Assembly (NCBI GenBank): GCA_049472355.1
Contig: JBLIRP010000004.1
Location: 1 to 64,000, forward strand
Source of the DNA: a bacterium
GTDB lineage: Bacteria; SZUA-182; DTGQ01; JAFGSM01
DNA length: 64,000 bases
Reading direction: 5' to 3'
Part shown: piece by piece, positions 45,517 to 55,324 of the stretch
Position numbering within the stretch: the first letter of the stretch is position 1
Layout of the letters: every line of letters starts with the position of its first letter
Notes under the pieces: generated by a model
The model's input: only the letters and a program-made list of their open reading frames with translations
Told to the model about the DNA's origin: nothing
Database searches by the model: none
Translations under genes and position numbers: made by a program

Positions 45517-46905
45517 CTATGAAAGATGGGCGACCATCCTCGATCCAATGGTACGGACATCCAGGATATGGTATCCCCCCGGTTGTATCTCCACCTCGAC
45601 CTGCATGCTCCCCGCGCCTTCGACGAGATCCAGATGAACCACGTGCCTTCCCGGCGGCAACCGCAATCTGCCCGCCTGGATGGAAAGCGGGATGGTCAGC
45701 CAGGAACGGAGGTCTGCCCGTTCACTCACAATATTATATATAGTTGTCACCATGGAGGCAAGGCTCCCCCCCTTTCGTGATACCTCGCGGGAGGCGGTCG
45801 CCTTCACCAGCATCCTCGCCACCTGCCGGGTAACCATGCCGGGGATGCGCTCCCTGAGGGATTCCAGTGCCAGTGAATAGACGTCCACCAACTCCTGGGT
45901 TTCACACCTCTCCCCGCCGGCGGTGACCGCAAGATGCATGGGCGAAGGGGCGCCCTGGGCATAGACGGGAATCGCCATGATAACGACCTGCCCCTTGATC
46001 TCGACCGGCACCCTCAACTCCTGCAACTCGGGAATAAGCCCCTGATGATGGATAATGAAAAGCTCCCCGGTCTCCTTCCTCCTCTGCCCTCCCCCCGATC
46101 CCCATGAGGATTGCATCCGCTTCTCGAGCTGCGATACCAGGGGGCCAAGGTATTCCTGCCTCACCCCCAGGTCCCGGAGCCGCCGGTAATCGATGAGGGC
46201 CTCGTCAGGATACCCCTCCCTCTCATACAGCCATCCGGACAGATAGTAGACAAGGGGATTCAGGCTGAAGGAGGAGTAGTGTTCGGGCATACCGTACCGC
46301 GTTTTGTAGACATCCAGCACCTTATCCTCGGCCGCCTTGGCTTCGGGGGCATCCCTGAACTGGGCCGCCCTCTTCTCCTGCCACCGGTCAAATGCCTTCT
46401 TTTGCACCTGTTCGGCCTTCTTGATCTCGATCCTCGCCCCCTCCTGATCATTCTCCATGAGGTAGGCAAGCGCCAGGTAGAGGTGCACGAGGACCCGCTC
46501 GTAGGTCATACCCTGGTAGGTGATGAGATAATCGTTCACGGCAAGGGTGCCGATCTGTTCACTGACCTCCCTGACACTCACCGTTGGACGGTAGTCGAAC
46601 CGCTCCATCATTTTCTCGGCTTCGAGCCATTCCGGGATGCACTTCCCGAAGTCCCCTTCCAGGTAGTACACCATGCCCGTTTCCATGGAATGCAGCAGTT
46701 GATCCTGACCTGACCGGACCCGGGCCTCCAGTTCCTTTACCGCCAATTGATCCCGACCCTCGATGAGATACATCCTGGCGCGGGATACGCGCATGGGGTA
46801 GTGGACCCATACGCTGGTCGAGCAGCCGAACGTGAGCATGAGGCACCAGGCCCCTATACATGCTATACCGGCATGAAACGTGAGATCCCTTTTCATCGCA
46901 CCCAT
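45517..46905 (-). CDS. Lipoprotein with TPR-like helical repeats (COG3014-like), first gene of the envelope lipoprotein operon
   Basis: Lipobox LTFGCS. Helical-repeat-rich 462-aa protein, translationally coupled to the ycfL-like gene (4-nt gap). Confidence 0.5.
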   Translation of the reverse strand: MGAMKRDLTFHAGIACIGAWCLMLTFGCSTSVWVHYPMRVSRARMYLIEGRDQLAVKELEARVRSGQDQLLHSMETGMVYYLEGDFGKCIPEWLEAEKMMERFDYRPTVSVREVSEQIGTLAVNDYLITYQGMTYERVLVHLYLALAYLMENDQEGARIEIKKAEQVQKKAFDRWQEKRAAQFRDAPEAKAAEDKVLDVYKTRYGMPEHYSSFSLNPLVYYLSGWLYEREGYPDEALIDYRRLRDLGVRQEYLGPLVSQLEKRMQSSWGSGGGQRRKETGELFIIHHQGLIPELQELRVPVEIKGQVVIMAIPVYAQGAPSPMHLAVTAGGERCETQELVDVYSLALESLRERIPGMVTRQVARMLVKATASREVSRKGGSLASMVTTIYNIVSERADLRSWLTIPLSIQAGRLRLPPGRHVVHLDLVEGAGSMQVEVEIQPGGYHILDVRTIGSRMVAHLS

Positions 46906-46944
46906 TCCATCATCCCGAATTCATCCCCCAACCGACATGTCCCT

Positions 46945-47514
46945 TCAATCAAAAGGCCAGGGGCCGAACACCAGATCCCTCAACTCCTTCCGGTCCCTGT
47001 TCCCTTCCCCCCCGGCACCCTCCTTCGGGTACCCCACAGCCAAAACCGCCATCAATTCATATGATTTTGGAGCGTCGAGGAGTTCCTTCACCTCCCGCGC
47101 CCTGTTGAGGATCTCGCCCATCCAGCACGCCCCCAGTCCGATTGCCTGGATTTGAAGGAGCATGTTCTCTATGCATGCGCCAACGGCAAGGATATCCTTT
47201 TCCCGTGAGTAGCTCGCCTCCTGGTCGAGAAACACGGCAATGGCGGTGGGCGCCTGCAGGATGATGGAGGAATACTTGGTCATCGATGCGAGCTTGAGAA
47301 GCGCATGTTCCTCCTCCACCACCGCAAACCTCCACGGCTGGTTATTCAAGCCGGAAGGCGCCCAGCGACCCGCCTCCAGGATCGAGGCCAGGGCCCCACG
47401 CGTGACGTGGCGTGATTCGAATCCCCTGATACTCCTCCGGTTAAGGATTACCTCCAGCACCCCGGCCCCTTTCTCGTCCATGTCCCCCTCCCCTACAATT
47501 TCAACAATATCCAT
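46945..47514 (-). CDS. Nitroreductase family protein
   Basis: RRSIRGF...GLNNQPWRF motif typical of the NfsB/FRP nitroreductase superfamily. 189 aa. Confidence 0.8.
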   Translation of the reverse strand: MDIVEIVGEGDMDEKGAGVLEVILNRRSIRGFESRHVTRGALASILEAGRWAPSGLNNQPWRFAVVEEEHALLKLASMTKYSSIILQAPTAIAVFLDQEASYSREKDILAVGACIENMLLQIQAIGLGACWMGEILNRAREVKELLDAPKSYELMAVLAVGYPKEGAGGEGNRDRKELRDLVFGPWPFD

Positions 47515-48058
47515 CTCTCCTCAGCCACGATTAGTGACTATTTATTGTAATATACATGAAACGAAATTGAAATCATACCCCAAAGAATACCCCGGAATAA
47601 TACCTCAGGAAAAGGCATCCAAAAACCCTGAAGCGACACCCCCTGCCACGCACAATACCCCGCGCCTCCTGCGCAGAGAGCACCCAATCGGATTCCTTAA
47701 CCCATGAAACGCGAGTGCACCCATTCGTTCCCTGCAACGATATCCTTCACTCCCTGCCGAACAAAGACCACAGCAAAAAAATCAGTGAGTCACCTTCTTT
47801 CATGTACCATCGAATAAGCGGAGAGCAAATGCCGAATAAGAGGCATACTGTTAAGCCATAATTATATTATTAAAAAAATGATAATCGAAAATATTTTGTT
47901 TTACTTACCGATTAAAACCCTGCATATCATGGGTTCCATTGGGAAGGCATGAACTTTTTTAACAACAATTAAAGGCAGGTAAACCAGGTGGTTTCAGGGT
48001 TGGTGTAGAGGCCTCGCGTACATTGCGGATGTAAAGGTCATAGCAGAAGGGGGTTATT

Positions 48059-49744
48059 GTGGACCTCGATGACAAAAGGGAATTGATCAAGGATTTTGTC
48101 GATGAATCCTGTGAGTTCATTGACGGGTTTGAAGGCCTGCTCCTTGAGCTGGAGCAGGGGGTGGGAGGGACCCCGGACGCAAATCTGCTGAGCGAGATCC
48201 TGCGGCAGCTTCACACCTTTAAGGGCAATTCCGGGATGATGGGGTATTCCCACCTCCAAACCTACGCCCACCGGATGGAGGACCTCTTCAAGGCGCTCCA
48301 GGCTGGTGATGCAGAGTGCGATGCAGAGCTCGTCGAATTTGTCATGCAGTGCACGACCATCATCCGCACCGCTATTGATCAAATCTCTAAAGACACCAGC
48401 GTCGAGCCCTCCCTTGCCAAAGAAATTGAGGCACTGGAGGCATTTCTTGACCAAAGGCGGGAGAGGGAATCCGAAAATACGGTGATTCATCACGTCGCCT
48501 CGGCCAAGGAGCACTTCAATCCCTTTGCGCAGAAGACCAATCTGCTCAAGGTCGATTTCGAGCGTATGGATCACCTGCTGAACCTGATGGGAGAGATGGT
48601 CATTCAACGAACCCGCCTCGGGCAGATTGATGTCCAGTTCAAGGAGGCATTCGGGGAACGGGGAGTGGTGATGGACCTTTCCAACACCGCGGAGCAGATG
48701 GGCAAGGTCACCACCGAGCTTCATGAGGCCATCATGAAGGTGCGGATGCTCCCCATTAAGCAGGTGTTCATGCGGTTTCCCCGATACGTAAGGGACTTTT
48801 CCCGTGAAAGGGGAAAGGAGATCAACCTCCGGTTCGAGGGTGAGGAAACGGAGCTCGACAAGACCGTGATCGATGAGATCGGGGAGCCCCTCATGCACCT
48901 GATCCGCAACGCCATCGACCATGGTATCGAAAAACCCGAGGAGCGAAAGGCATTGGGGAAGCCTCCGGCAGGGTTGATCAAGCTCAAGGCATACCAGGAA
49001 TCAAGCCACATCATCATCACCGTCGAGGATGACGGCAAGGGCATTGATGAGGAAAAGCTGCGCACAAAGGCCGCACAATCCGGACTCCTTAAAAAGAATG
49101 AGACATCCTCACAGGATCTCATGAACCTGATCTTCATCTCCGGTTTCTCAACCGCAGAGCGCGTTACCGAGGTCTCAGGCCGCGGTGTGGGGATGGATGC
49201 AGTCAAAAAGAGCCTGGCAAAAATCAACGGTTCCATCGAGGTCGAAAGCATTATCAACATGGGGACCCGTTTCACCATCAAGCTTCCCCTTACATTGGCC
49301 ATTATCACTGCACTCATGGTTGACGTCTCCGGCGAGCAATACGCCATTCCCCTCACCTCGGTGGTGGAGAGCATTCGCATCGGGGATGAAGAGATCCATC
49401 TCGTCAACAACCGGGAGGTGACCCGGGTCCGGGACCGCATCCTTCCCCTTGTCCGGGTGTCCGACCTGTTCGGGCTTGCTCGGGCCGCACACAAAAAGGG
49501 GAACTATGTGGTGATCGTTCAGAGCGGCATCCGTGAAATGGGTATCGTCGTGGATGCCCTCCTCGGGCAACAGGAGATCGTGATCAAGGCCCTGGACGAC
49601 TATATCAGTGGCTCGGCAGGGATTGCAGGGGCCACCATCCTGGGAGACGGAAAGGTGGTCCTCATCCTGGATGTCCTCGAGATGATCAATGAAGTCAGGG
49701 AATTCCATGAACAGGAAAAGCCATTGGAGGTACAGAATGCTTAA
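48059..49744 (+). CDS. cheA: Chemotaxis histidine kinase CheA (Hpt-dimerisation-HATPase-CheW-like domains). GTG start.
   Basis: Hpt phosphorylation site LHTFKGNSGMMG. HATPase G1/G2 boxes HLIRNAIDHGIE and GRGVGMDAV. C-terminal CheW-like regulatory domain. Confidence 0.9.
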   Translation: MDLDDKRELIKDFVDESCEFIDGFEGLLLELEQGVGGTPDANLLSEILRQLHTFKGNSGMMGYSHLQTYAHRMEDLFKALQAGDAECDAELVEFVMQCTTIIRTAIDQISKDTSVEPSLAKEIEALEAFLDQRRERESENTVIHHVASAKEHFNPFAQKTNLLKVDFERMDHLLNLMGEMVIQRTRLGQIDVQFKEAFGERGVVMDLSNTAEQMGKVTTELHEAIMKVRMLPIKQVFMRFPRYVRDFSRERGKEINLRFEGEETELDKTVIDEIGEPLMHLIRNAIDHGIEKPEERKALGKPPAGLIKLKAYQESSHIIITVEDDGKGIDEEKLRTKAAQSGLLKKNETSSQDLMNLIFISGFSTAERVTEVSGRGVGMDAVKKSLAKINGSIEVESIINMGTRFTIKLPLTLAIITALMVDVSGEQYAIPLTSVVESIRIGDEEIHLVNNREVTRVRDRILPLVRVSDLFGLARAAHKKGNYVVIVQSGIREMGIVVDALLGQQEIVIKALDDYISGSAGIAGATILGDGKVVLILDVLEMINEVREFHEQEKPLEVQNA

Positions 49745-50111
49745 AAAGGTATTGATTGTGGAGGATTCGGCCCTCCAGGCCAAGATGTACCGGATGGTGT
49801 TCAGCTCATACCAGGGATGTGAGCTTCTCTTTGCCGAAAACGGCATCGAGGCCATGAACCAGCTTGCCCTGCAAGGGGATATCGATCTGATCATCTCGGA
49901 TATCAATATGCCCAAGATGGATGGCATCACCTTTCTGCAGGCCATGAGCAGGGAAGGCTACAGTCACATTCCGGTCATCGTCATCAGCACCGAGGACAAG
50001 GACGATGACATCCGGAGGGCCATCGATCTGGGGGCGAAGGCATATGTGAAAAAACCCTGGAAACAGGACGACGTGCGGGCAATCGTCAACCGGATAAAGA
50101 ACTGGAACTGA
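49737..50111 (+). CDS. cheY: CheY-like single-domain response regulator
   Basis: MLKKVLIVEDSALQ...DLIISDINMPKMDG...VIVISTEDK...AYVKKP: the receiver-domain acidic pocket, phospho-Asp and conserved Lys. Confidence 0.85.
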   Translation: MLKKVLIVEDSALQAKMYRMVFSSYQGCELLFAENGIEAMNQLALQGDIDLIISDINMPKMDGITFLQAMSREGYSHIPVIVISTEDKDDDIRRAIDLGAKAYVKKPWKQDDVRAIVNRIKNWN

Positions 50112-50124
50112 CAAGGAGGAAGCA

Positions 50125-50862
50125 ATGGGAGAAAAGGGAAGAAAAAAACGGGAGGCACACTCACAACCCCCACCCCTGCCCTCATGCGGGCTTGCAGAGG
50201 ATATCCTGAGGCCGGATCTCTCCTCTGAGACCAAGGCGTCCGAGGGGCCCGGCACAGGAAGAAACAGAGCACAAAAAAAGGGGGAGAAGGAGGCCATGGA
50301 GCAACCCCCACCCCTGCCCTCATGCGGCCTTGCCGAGGATATCCTGAAGCCGGACTTTTTTGCCGAAATGAAGACTGCGGAGAAGCAGGAGCAGAGAAAA
50401 TCAGGAAACAACAGCACCATCAGGAGGGAAGGATTGACAAAATTCGTCACCTTCTTCCTTGACGCAGAGGAATATGCCCTTCCCGTCTCACAGGTCAGGG
50501 AGATCAAGCGGGTGGGAGAGATCACCCGGGTTCCCAATGCACCTCAGCACATCAGGGGCGTGATGAACCTTCGGGGGCGGATCGTCCCGGTGCTCGAGCT
50601 CAAGAAACGCCTTCAACTCGGGGAGGCGGCCATCGACATGGACAGCAGGATCGTGGTGGTGGAGCAGGGAAACAGGGTGCTCGGGCTTATGGTGGATCGG
50701 GTCTCCCAGGTCATGAACATCGCAGCCGAGCAGATCGACAATGCCCCGGAGGAGGTGGTGCAGGTGAATGAAAACTACCTCAAAGGGGTGGGAAAACTTG
50801 ACGAGCGGATGATTATCCTGCTGGACCTCGAACAGATAACGGGGAAGGAGGTGGAGTCATAA
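50125..50862 (+). CDS. cheW: CheW-like coupling protein with an N-terminal low-complexity extension containing a tandem duplication (QPPPLPSCGLAEDIL[RK]PD x2). The alternative start is ATG 50297.
   Basis: The C-terminal ~150 aa form a CheW domain (TKFVTFFLDAEEYALPVSQVREI...VPVLELKKRL...VLGLMVDRVSQV). DNA 50163-50217 and 50301-50355 are about 90% identical direct repeats, each preceded by SD plus ATG. Confidence 0.75.
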   Translation: MGEKGRKKREAHSQPPPLPSCGLAEDILRPDLSSETKASEGPGTGRNRAQKKGEKEAMEQPPPLPSCGLAEDILKPDFFAEMKTAEKQEQRKSGNNSTIRREGLTKFVTFFLDAEEYALPVSQVREIKRVGEITRVPNAPQHIRGVMNLRGRIVPVLELKKRLQLGEAAIDMDSRIVVVEQGNRVLGLMVDRVSQVMNIAAEQIDNAPEEVVQVNENYLKGVGKLDERMIILLDLEQITGKEVES

Positions 50863-51122
50863 TTAAGGAATCAGGGGGCAAGTCTCTATGCCTTATGCCT
50901 TTTCGTATTGCTATCTACGATCATAATTAAATTTTTCCCCTATTTGTAAGAGCGAGGGAGGGACTGCACAAAGTGAATGTAATTGTTTGGTTTACCTTCC
51001 AATGTTGAGAAGACATACGGAGGTGTAAATCCGGGATCGGCTTTTCCCATTTCTTACCCAGGAACAAGCCGAAATGGTCAAGAATCGAGGTTGCCGACAC
51101 TGAGAAACAAACAGAGAGCACA

Positions 51123-53537
51123 ATGGAGGGAGGAAAGATGAAATTCACAATCGGAACAAAACTCATCGGGGGATTTATCATCGTATCACTTTTAGTCGCG
51201 ATTGCCGGAGGTTTGGGACTCTCTGCCATGAAGCGTATAAGCACTGCAGCAGATCAAGTAATCAACGAGGAAGTACCAATCGTCAAGGAAACCCTGAACC
51301 TGAAAGCCTATTCTGTTGTTGCCCGGGATGCCATGGCGGAGTATCTCCTGAAAGATACGGACAAGATCGAAGAACTCACCGACATTAATTCCGAATTCAG
51401 GAACACCATCCAGGCAATCGAAATGCGCACCCAGGCCATCATTTCAGGGAATGAAGACCTGCATATCAAGGCGGCATCGTCGGACTCAAAGATCATCCCA
51501 AGCTGTAGAGAGATCCTCAGCATCAATAATAAATTAAAAGACAACGCGAATGAGCTCATGAAGACTCACCGAGAGGCCCTCGAGTTGAAGACTCAGCCCG
51601 GAGCCAAGATGGAAGAAATGGATGCCATGGCAGATGAACTTCTCGATACTGCCAGGGAAGAAAATTTTTCCGTTGAAACAATTACCTCTCTCTGGGCACA
51701 GGTAATGGCGGTAAATGATTTCCTCATCACCGGGGAAGACGAAGAAATAAAGGCCTTCAAGGAATCGTTTGATATTGTTCGCTCCGATCCAAAATACTAT
51801 ACCATCAAATCGATGCACTCCAAGGTCACCCAACTGGGTGAAGAGACGATCAATCTCTTCAAAGAATACAAAAAAAAGGCGGATACCACGTTCGCCCTCA
51901 TGGAGATTGTTGATGAAACCAGTGAACAGCTTATGGATCTTTCCGATCATGTCTCCCAGGAGGCAATCAGAGGCATGAACGAATCCGTTCTCTCCGCCCA
52001 GGGGGTGAGAAAGGCCTCTCAAAATCTGCTTATATCAATTACGACAATTGCGCTTATATCAGCCATCTTGATTGGTTTCCTCCTCGCCAGAGGGATTACA
52101 AGGCCGATCTCCCTGTGCGTGGAATTCGCCAAGCAGGTGGCCCGCGGCGACCTCTCCAGGCAGGTGGAGATCAATACCCAGGACGAGACCCGCGACCTGG
52201 GCGACGCCCTGAACGGCATGTTCGGGTACCTGAAGGGTATGGCGGAGGTGGCCGACGGGATCGCCGGGGGCGACCTCACCATGCACGTGAAGCCCGCCTC
52301 CGAGCACGACGTGTTCGGCAACTCCTTTACCAGGATGGTGGGGAGTTTGCGGGACATGGTCGGCAAGGTGCGCACCTCCTCCGAGTCGGTGGCGAGCGCC
52401 GCCGACGAGATCTCCGCAGCCACGGACCAGATCACCAAGGGGGCCCAGAACCAGGCGAGCGCCTCGGAGGAGACCGGCTCCACCATGGAGGAGATGTCCG
52501 TACAGATCCAGAACGTGGCAAAGAACGCCGAGGGGCTTGCCCGGAACGTGGACGAGACCACCAGCTCCATCCAGCAGATGGGGAGCACCGCCGAGGGTGT
52601 TGCCAAGATGGCCGAGTCCATGGCGAGCAACGTGGCGGAGACCAGCTCCACCATCGAGCAGATGATCGTGACCCTGGAAAAGACCGCAGCCAATGTGAGT
52701 GAGGCGGACAAGCTCTCCAAGCAGGCGAGCGATGAGGCAGTCAACGGCGGTGACGCGGTCATGAAGATGGTGGAGGGGATGAAGATCATCGGCGAGATGA
52801 TGGGGAACATCACCGGCGTAATCCAGAGCCTGGGACAGCGCTCCGAGGCCATCGGCTCCATCGTGAAGGTGATCGAGGAGATCGCCGACCAGACCAACCT
52901 GCTCGCCCTGAACGCCGCCATCGAGGCCGCCCGGGCAGGCGAGGCGGGACAGGGATTTGCGGTGGTGGCGGACGAGGTGCGCAAGCTCGCCGAGCGGTCG
53001 GTCAAGGCCACCAAGGAGATCGGCGACGTGATCAAGCAGGTGCAGGCGGAGACCACCTCTGCGGTGAAGGCGACCGAAGAGGGTGCAAAGAGCTCCAGGG
53101 AGGGATTGGGCCTTGCCGATCAGGCAGCGAGCGCCATCGCCCGGATCATGGATTCGGTAAAGTCCACCTCCAACATCATGCAGGAGATCTCACGGGCCAC
53201 CACCGAGCAATCCACCGCGGCAAGGAACGTGGTGGCAGCGGTGGAGGAGATGAACAGGCTCACCCAGTCGGTCACCCAGTCCACCAGCGAGCAGGCTGCC
53301 GGCATCCAGCAGGTGGTAAAGGCAGCGGAGGCAATGAGCCAGCTCACCGAACAGGTGAAGAACGCCACCACGGAGCAGAAGAGAGGCGGCGACAACGTGC
53401 TCAAGGCGGTGGAGAACATCAGCGAGATCGCCAAGGGAAACCTTTCGGCGGTGGAGCAGCTCTCCCGTTCCGCCAAGGACATGGCCAGGCAATCAGAAGG
53501 GCTTCAGGAACTGGTCCAGACATTCAGGCTGAGCTAA
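51123..53537 (+). CDS. Methyl-accepting chemotaxis protein (MCP) with a large periplasmic/helical sensor region, HAMP and a 40H-class signalling domain
   Basis: Highly conserved signalling hairpin [38 protein letters not shown] motif after the second TM. Methylation-site heptads. Confidence 0.9.
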   Translation: MEGGKMKFTIGTKLIGGFIIVSLLVAIAGGLGLSAMKRISTAADQVINEEVPIVKETLNLKAYSVVARDAMAEYLLKDTDKIEELTDINSEFRNTIQAIEMRTQAIISGNEDLHIKAASSDSKIIPSCREILSINNKLKDNANELMKTHREALELKTQPGAKMEEMDAMADELLDTAREENFSVETITSLWAQVMAVNDFLITGEDEEIKAFKESFDIVRSDPKYYTIKSMHSKVTQLGEETINLFKEYKKKADTTFALMEIVDETSEQLMDLSDHVSQEAIRGMNESVLSAQGVRKASQNLLISITTIALISAILIGFLLARGITRPISLCVEFAKQVARGDLSRQVEINTQDETRDLGDALNGMFGYLKGMAEVADGIAGGDLTMHVKPASEHDVFGNSFTRMVGSLRDMVGKVRTSSESVASAADEISAATDQITKGAQNQASASEETGSTMEEMSVQIQNVAKNAEGLARNVDETTSSIQQMGSTAEGVAKMAESMASNVAETSSTIEQMIVTLEKTAANVSEADKLSKQASDEAVNGGDAVMKMVEGMKIIGEMMGNITGVIQSLGQRSEAIGSIVKVIEEIADQTNLLALNAAIEAARAGEAGQGFAVVADEVRKLAERSVKATKEIGDVIKQVQAETTSAVKATEEGAKSSREGLGLADQAASAIARIMDSVKSTSNIMQEISRATTEQSTAARNVVAAVEEMNRLTQSVTQSTSEQAAGIQQVVKAAEAMSQLTEQVKNATTEQKRGGDNVLKAVENISEIAKGNLSAVEQLSRSAKDMARQSEGLQELVQTFRLS

Positions 53538-53559
53538 CAGGCGATCGTGAAGAAGTGTG

Positions 53560-53780
53560 ACGGGGGGGTTGATTCGGATGCACCTGGCAACCGGTTGTGA
53601 CGGGGATTCGATTCGAATTACCTATTAATCCGGTTGTGACAAGAAGTGTGAATCGGATGTACCTGATCGCAAGGTTATGACAGGGTGAAATTGTGACAGG
53701 GGTTTGATTCGAACATACCTGTTCGCAGCGTAGCGACGGAGATTGCGATTCGAACATACCTGTTATTGTTTAAAGTTGTG
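53560..53780. repeat. Intergenic array of five ~40-48-bp direct repeats (GATTCGRAYRTACCTG...GTGACRGGG) between the MCP and cheW genes
   Basis: Copies start at about 53568, 53606, 53650, 53702 and 53745. Read directly. Confidence 0.75.
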
Positions 53781-53793
53781 GGAGGGACACGCA

Positions 53794-54309
53794 ATGATCG
53801 GGCAGATGAGCAAGGCGAGCGACACAAACCAACTGGTCACCTTCCGCCTGGGCCAGGAGACTTACGGAATCGATATATTCAAGATCAGGGAGGTGATCCA
53901 CCTCAAAAGAATCAATGCAATTCCGAATGCCCCGAAGTTTGTGGAAGGGGTGATCGATGTCCGCAATCAGATCATACCGGTGGTAAACCTGAAAAGGCGC
54001 CTGGGAATCAAGGACGATAAAAACGAACGGCAGCGGATCGTTATACTGGACCTCGATGATCAATTCCTGGGCGTCATCGTCGACGACATCTCAAAGGTCC
54101 TCAAGCTGGAGACGGAGCGCTACGAGACCCTTCCCGACATGGTGATGGACTCGCGAGAGAAGGCATGCATCACCAGACTGGCGAAAACCGAGGATGGCCT
54201 GATCATCGTCATTTCCCCTGAGCGAATCCTGACCAGAATCGAAAAAAAGGCCCTCAAGGATTTCGAACAGGCACACGAGCAGGCCCTTACGGAGGCATCA
54301 GCCGCATAG
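53794..54309 (+). CDS. cheW: CheW coupling protein (canonical, single domain)
   Basis: LVTFRLGQETYGIDIFKIREVI...IPVVNLKRRLG...FLGVIVDDISKV, a canonical CheW fold. 171 aa starting at MIGQMSKAS. Confidence 0.85.
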   Translation: MIGQMSKASDTNQLVTFRLGQETYGIDIFKIREVIHLKRINAIPNAPKFVEGVIDVRNQIIPVVNLKRRLGIKDDKNERQRIVILDLDDQFLGVIVDDISKVLKLETERYETLPDMVMDSREKACITRLAKTEDGLIIVISPERILTRIEKKALKDFEQAHEQALTEASAA

Positions 54310-54394
54310 TCACGGCCGGAATAGCAACTGCACATGTCGTTGTTTGCACCGGCATGCCATTCCACCCGAATGAGGAGACAACGGGGACCCGTAC

Positions 54395-55324
54395 ATGGCA
54401 CATTGTTCATCCGATGTGTTCGAAGATCTTCAGAAGCTCATCTACGATCATTGCTCCTTGCGATTTTCGCCCTCCCGGCTGAACGGCCTGAAGACATACC
54501 TTTCGGAGAGGATGCACAGGCGGGAGCTTTCCTCGCTGGAGGACTATTACCGCCTCCTCCGGAGGGACAATGAGGAATTCGATGCACTCGTCAACGGCAT
54601 CACCACCAAGGAGACCTATTTCTTCCGCCTCCCCGATCAATTCAAGGCGATCACCAGCCTGGTCATCCCCCGGATCGAACAGCGGCTTTTGCAGGATGCC
54701 CAGCGGGTGATCACCAAACAAGGCTGGTCCGGCCCCCGCATCATTCCCTTCCGGATCTGGAGCACCGGGTGTGCGACCGGTGAAGAGCCTTATTCCATCG
54801 CCATGACCATCCTGGAAGGCCTCAGGTATCCGAAGGCATGGAAGGTGGATATCATGGCAAGCGACATCAGCAGGGAGGCGGTGACCACTGCATGCACCGG
54901 GCGTTATGAATCCGATGTGCTGAAACGCATCCCTGTACAGTATCAAAAACGGTATCTGAGACAGTCCAACGGCAGTGCAGTGATGGGTGATGATCTCAGG
55001 GAACGGATCGCGTTCCGTATCTTTAACCTGCGTAATCTCGCCCCGCGGCGAGGGTGCCCCTGCACCTTCACAAAGCTGGACGGGACCAGCGACATGATTG
55101 ACCTGCATGAGTATTTCGATATCGTCTTCTGCAGGAACGTCATGATATATTTCGATTTCGCTGCCCAGCAGCAGCTCATCGATCGACTCTATGCATGCCT
55201 GAAACCCGGGGGGTATCTTTTCACCGGGGATGCGGAACTCCTCCACATCTATCAGCACCGATTCCAGACCCTGGAATGCGAAGGCGCCTACTTTTACCAT
55301 AAACCGGAGGGGCAGCCATGTTAA
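54395..55324 (+). CDS. cheR: Chemotaxis protein methyltransferase CheR (copy 1)
   Basis: N-terminal CheR all-alpha domain (FEDLQKLIYDHCSLRF...ETYFFR) and the SAM-binding domain IWSTGCATGEEPYSIAM...FCRNVMIYF. Confidence 0.85.
   Translation: MAHCSSDVFEDLQKLIYDHCSLRFSPSRLNGLKTYLSERMHRRELSSLEDYYRLLRRDNEEFDALVNGITTKETYFFRLPDQFKAITSLVIPRIEQRLLQDAQRVITKQGWSGPRIIPFRIWSTGCATGEEPYSIAMTILEGLRYPKAWKVDIMASDISREAVTTACTGRYESDVLKRIPVQYQKRYLRQSNGSAVMGDDLRERIAFRIFNLRNLAPRRGCPCTFTKLDGTSDMIDLHEYFDIVFCRNVMIYFDFAAQQQLIDRLYACLKPGGYLFTGDAELLHIYQHRFQTLECEGAYFYHKPEGQPC

Noticed and set aside
48038-48922. 294-aa minus-strand ORF opposite cheA
   Set aside because: Shadow ORF. The plus strand carries the complete CheA Hpt and HATPase motifs.
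52019-53056. 345-aa minus-strand ORF opposite the MCP signalling domain
   Set aside because: Antisense to the most conserved part of the MCP. Ala/Ser-rich low complexity.
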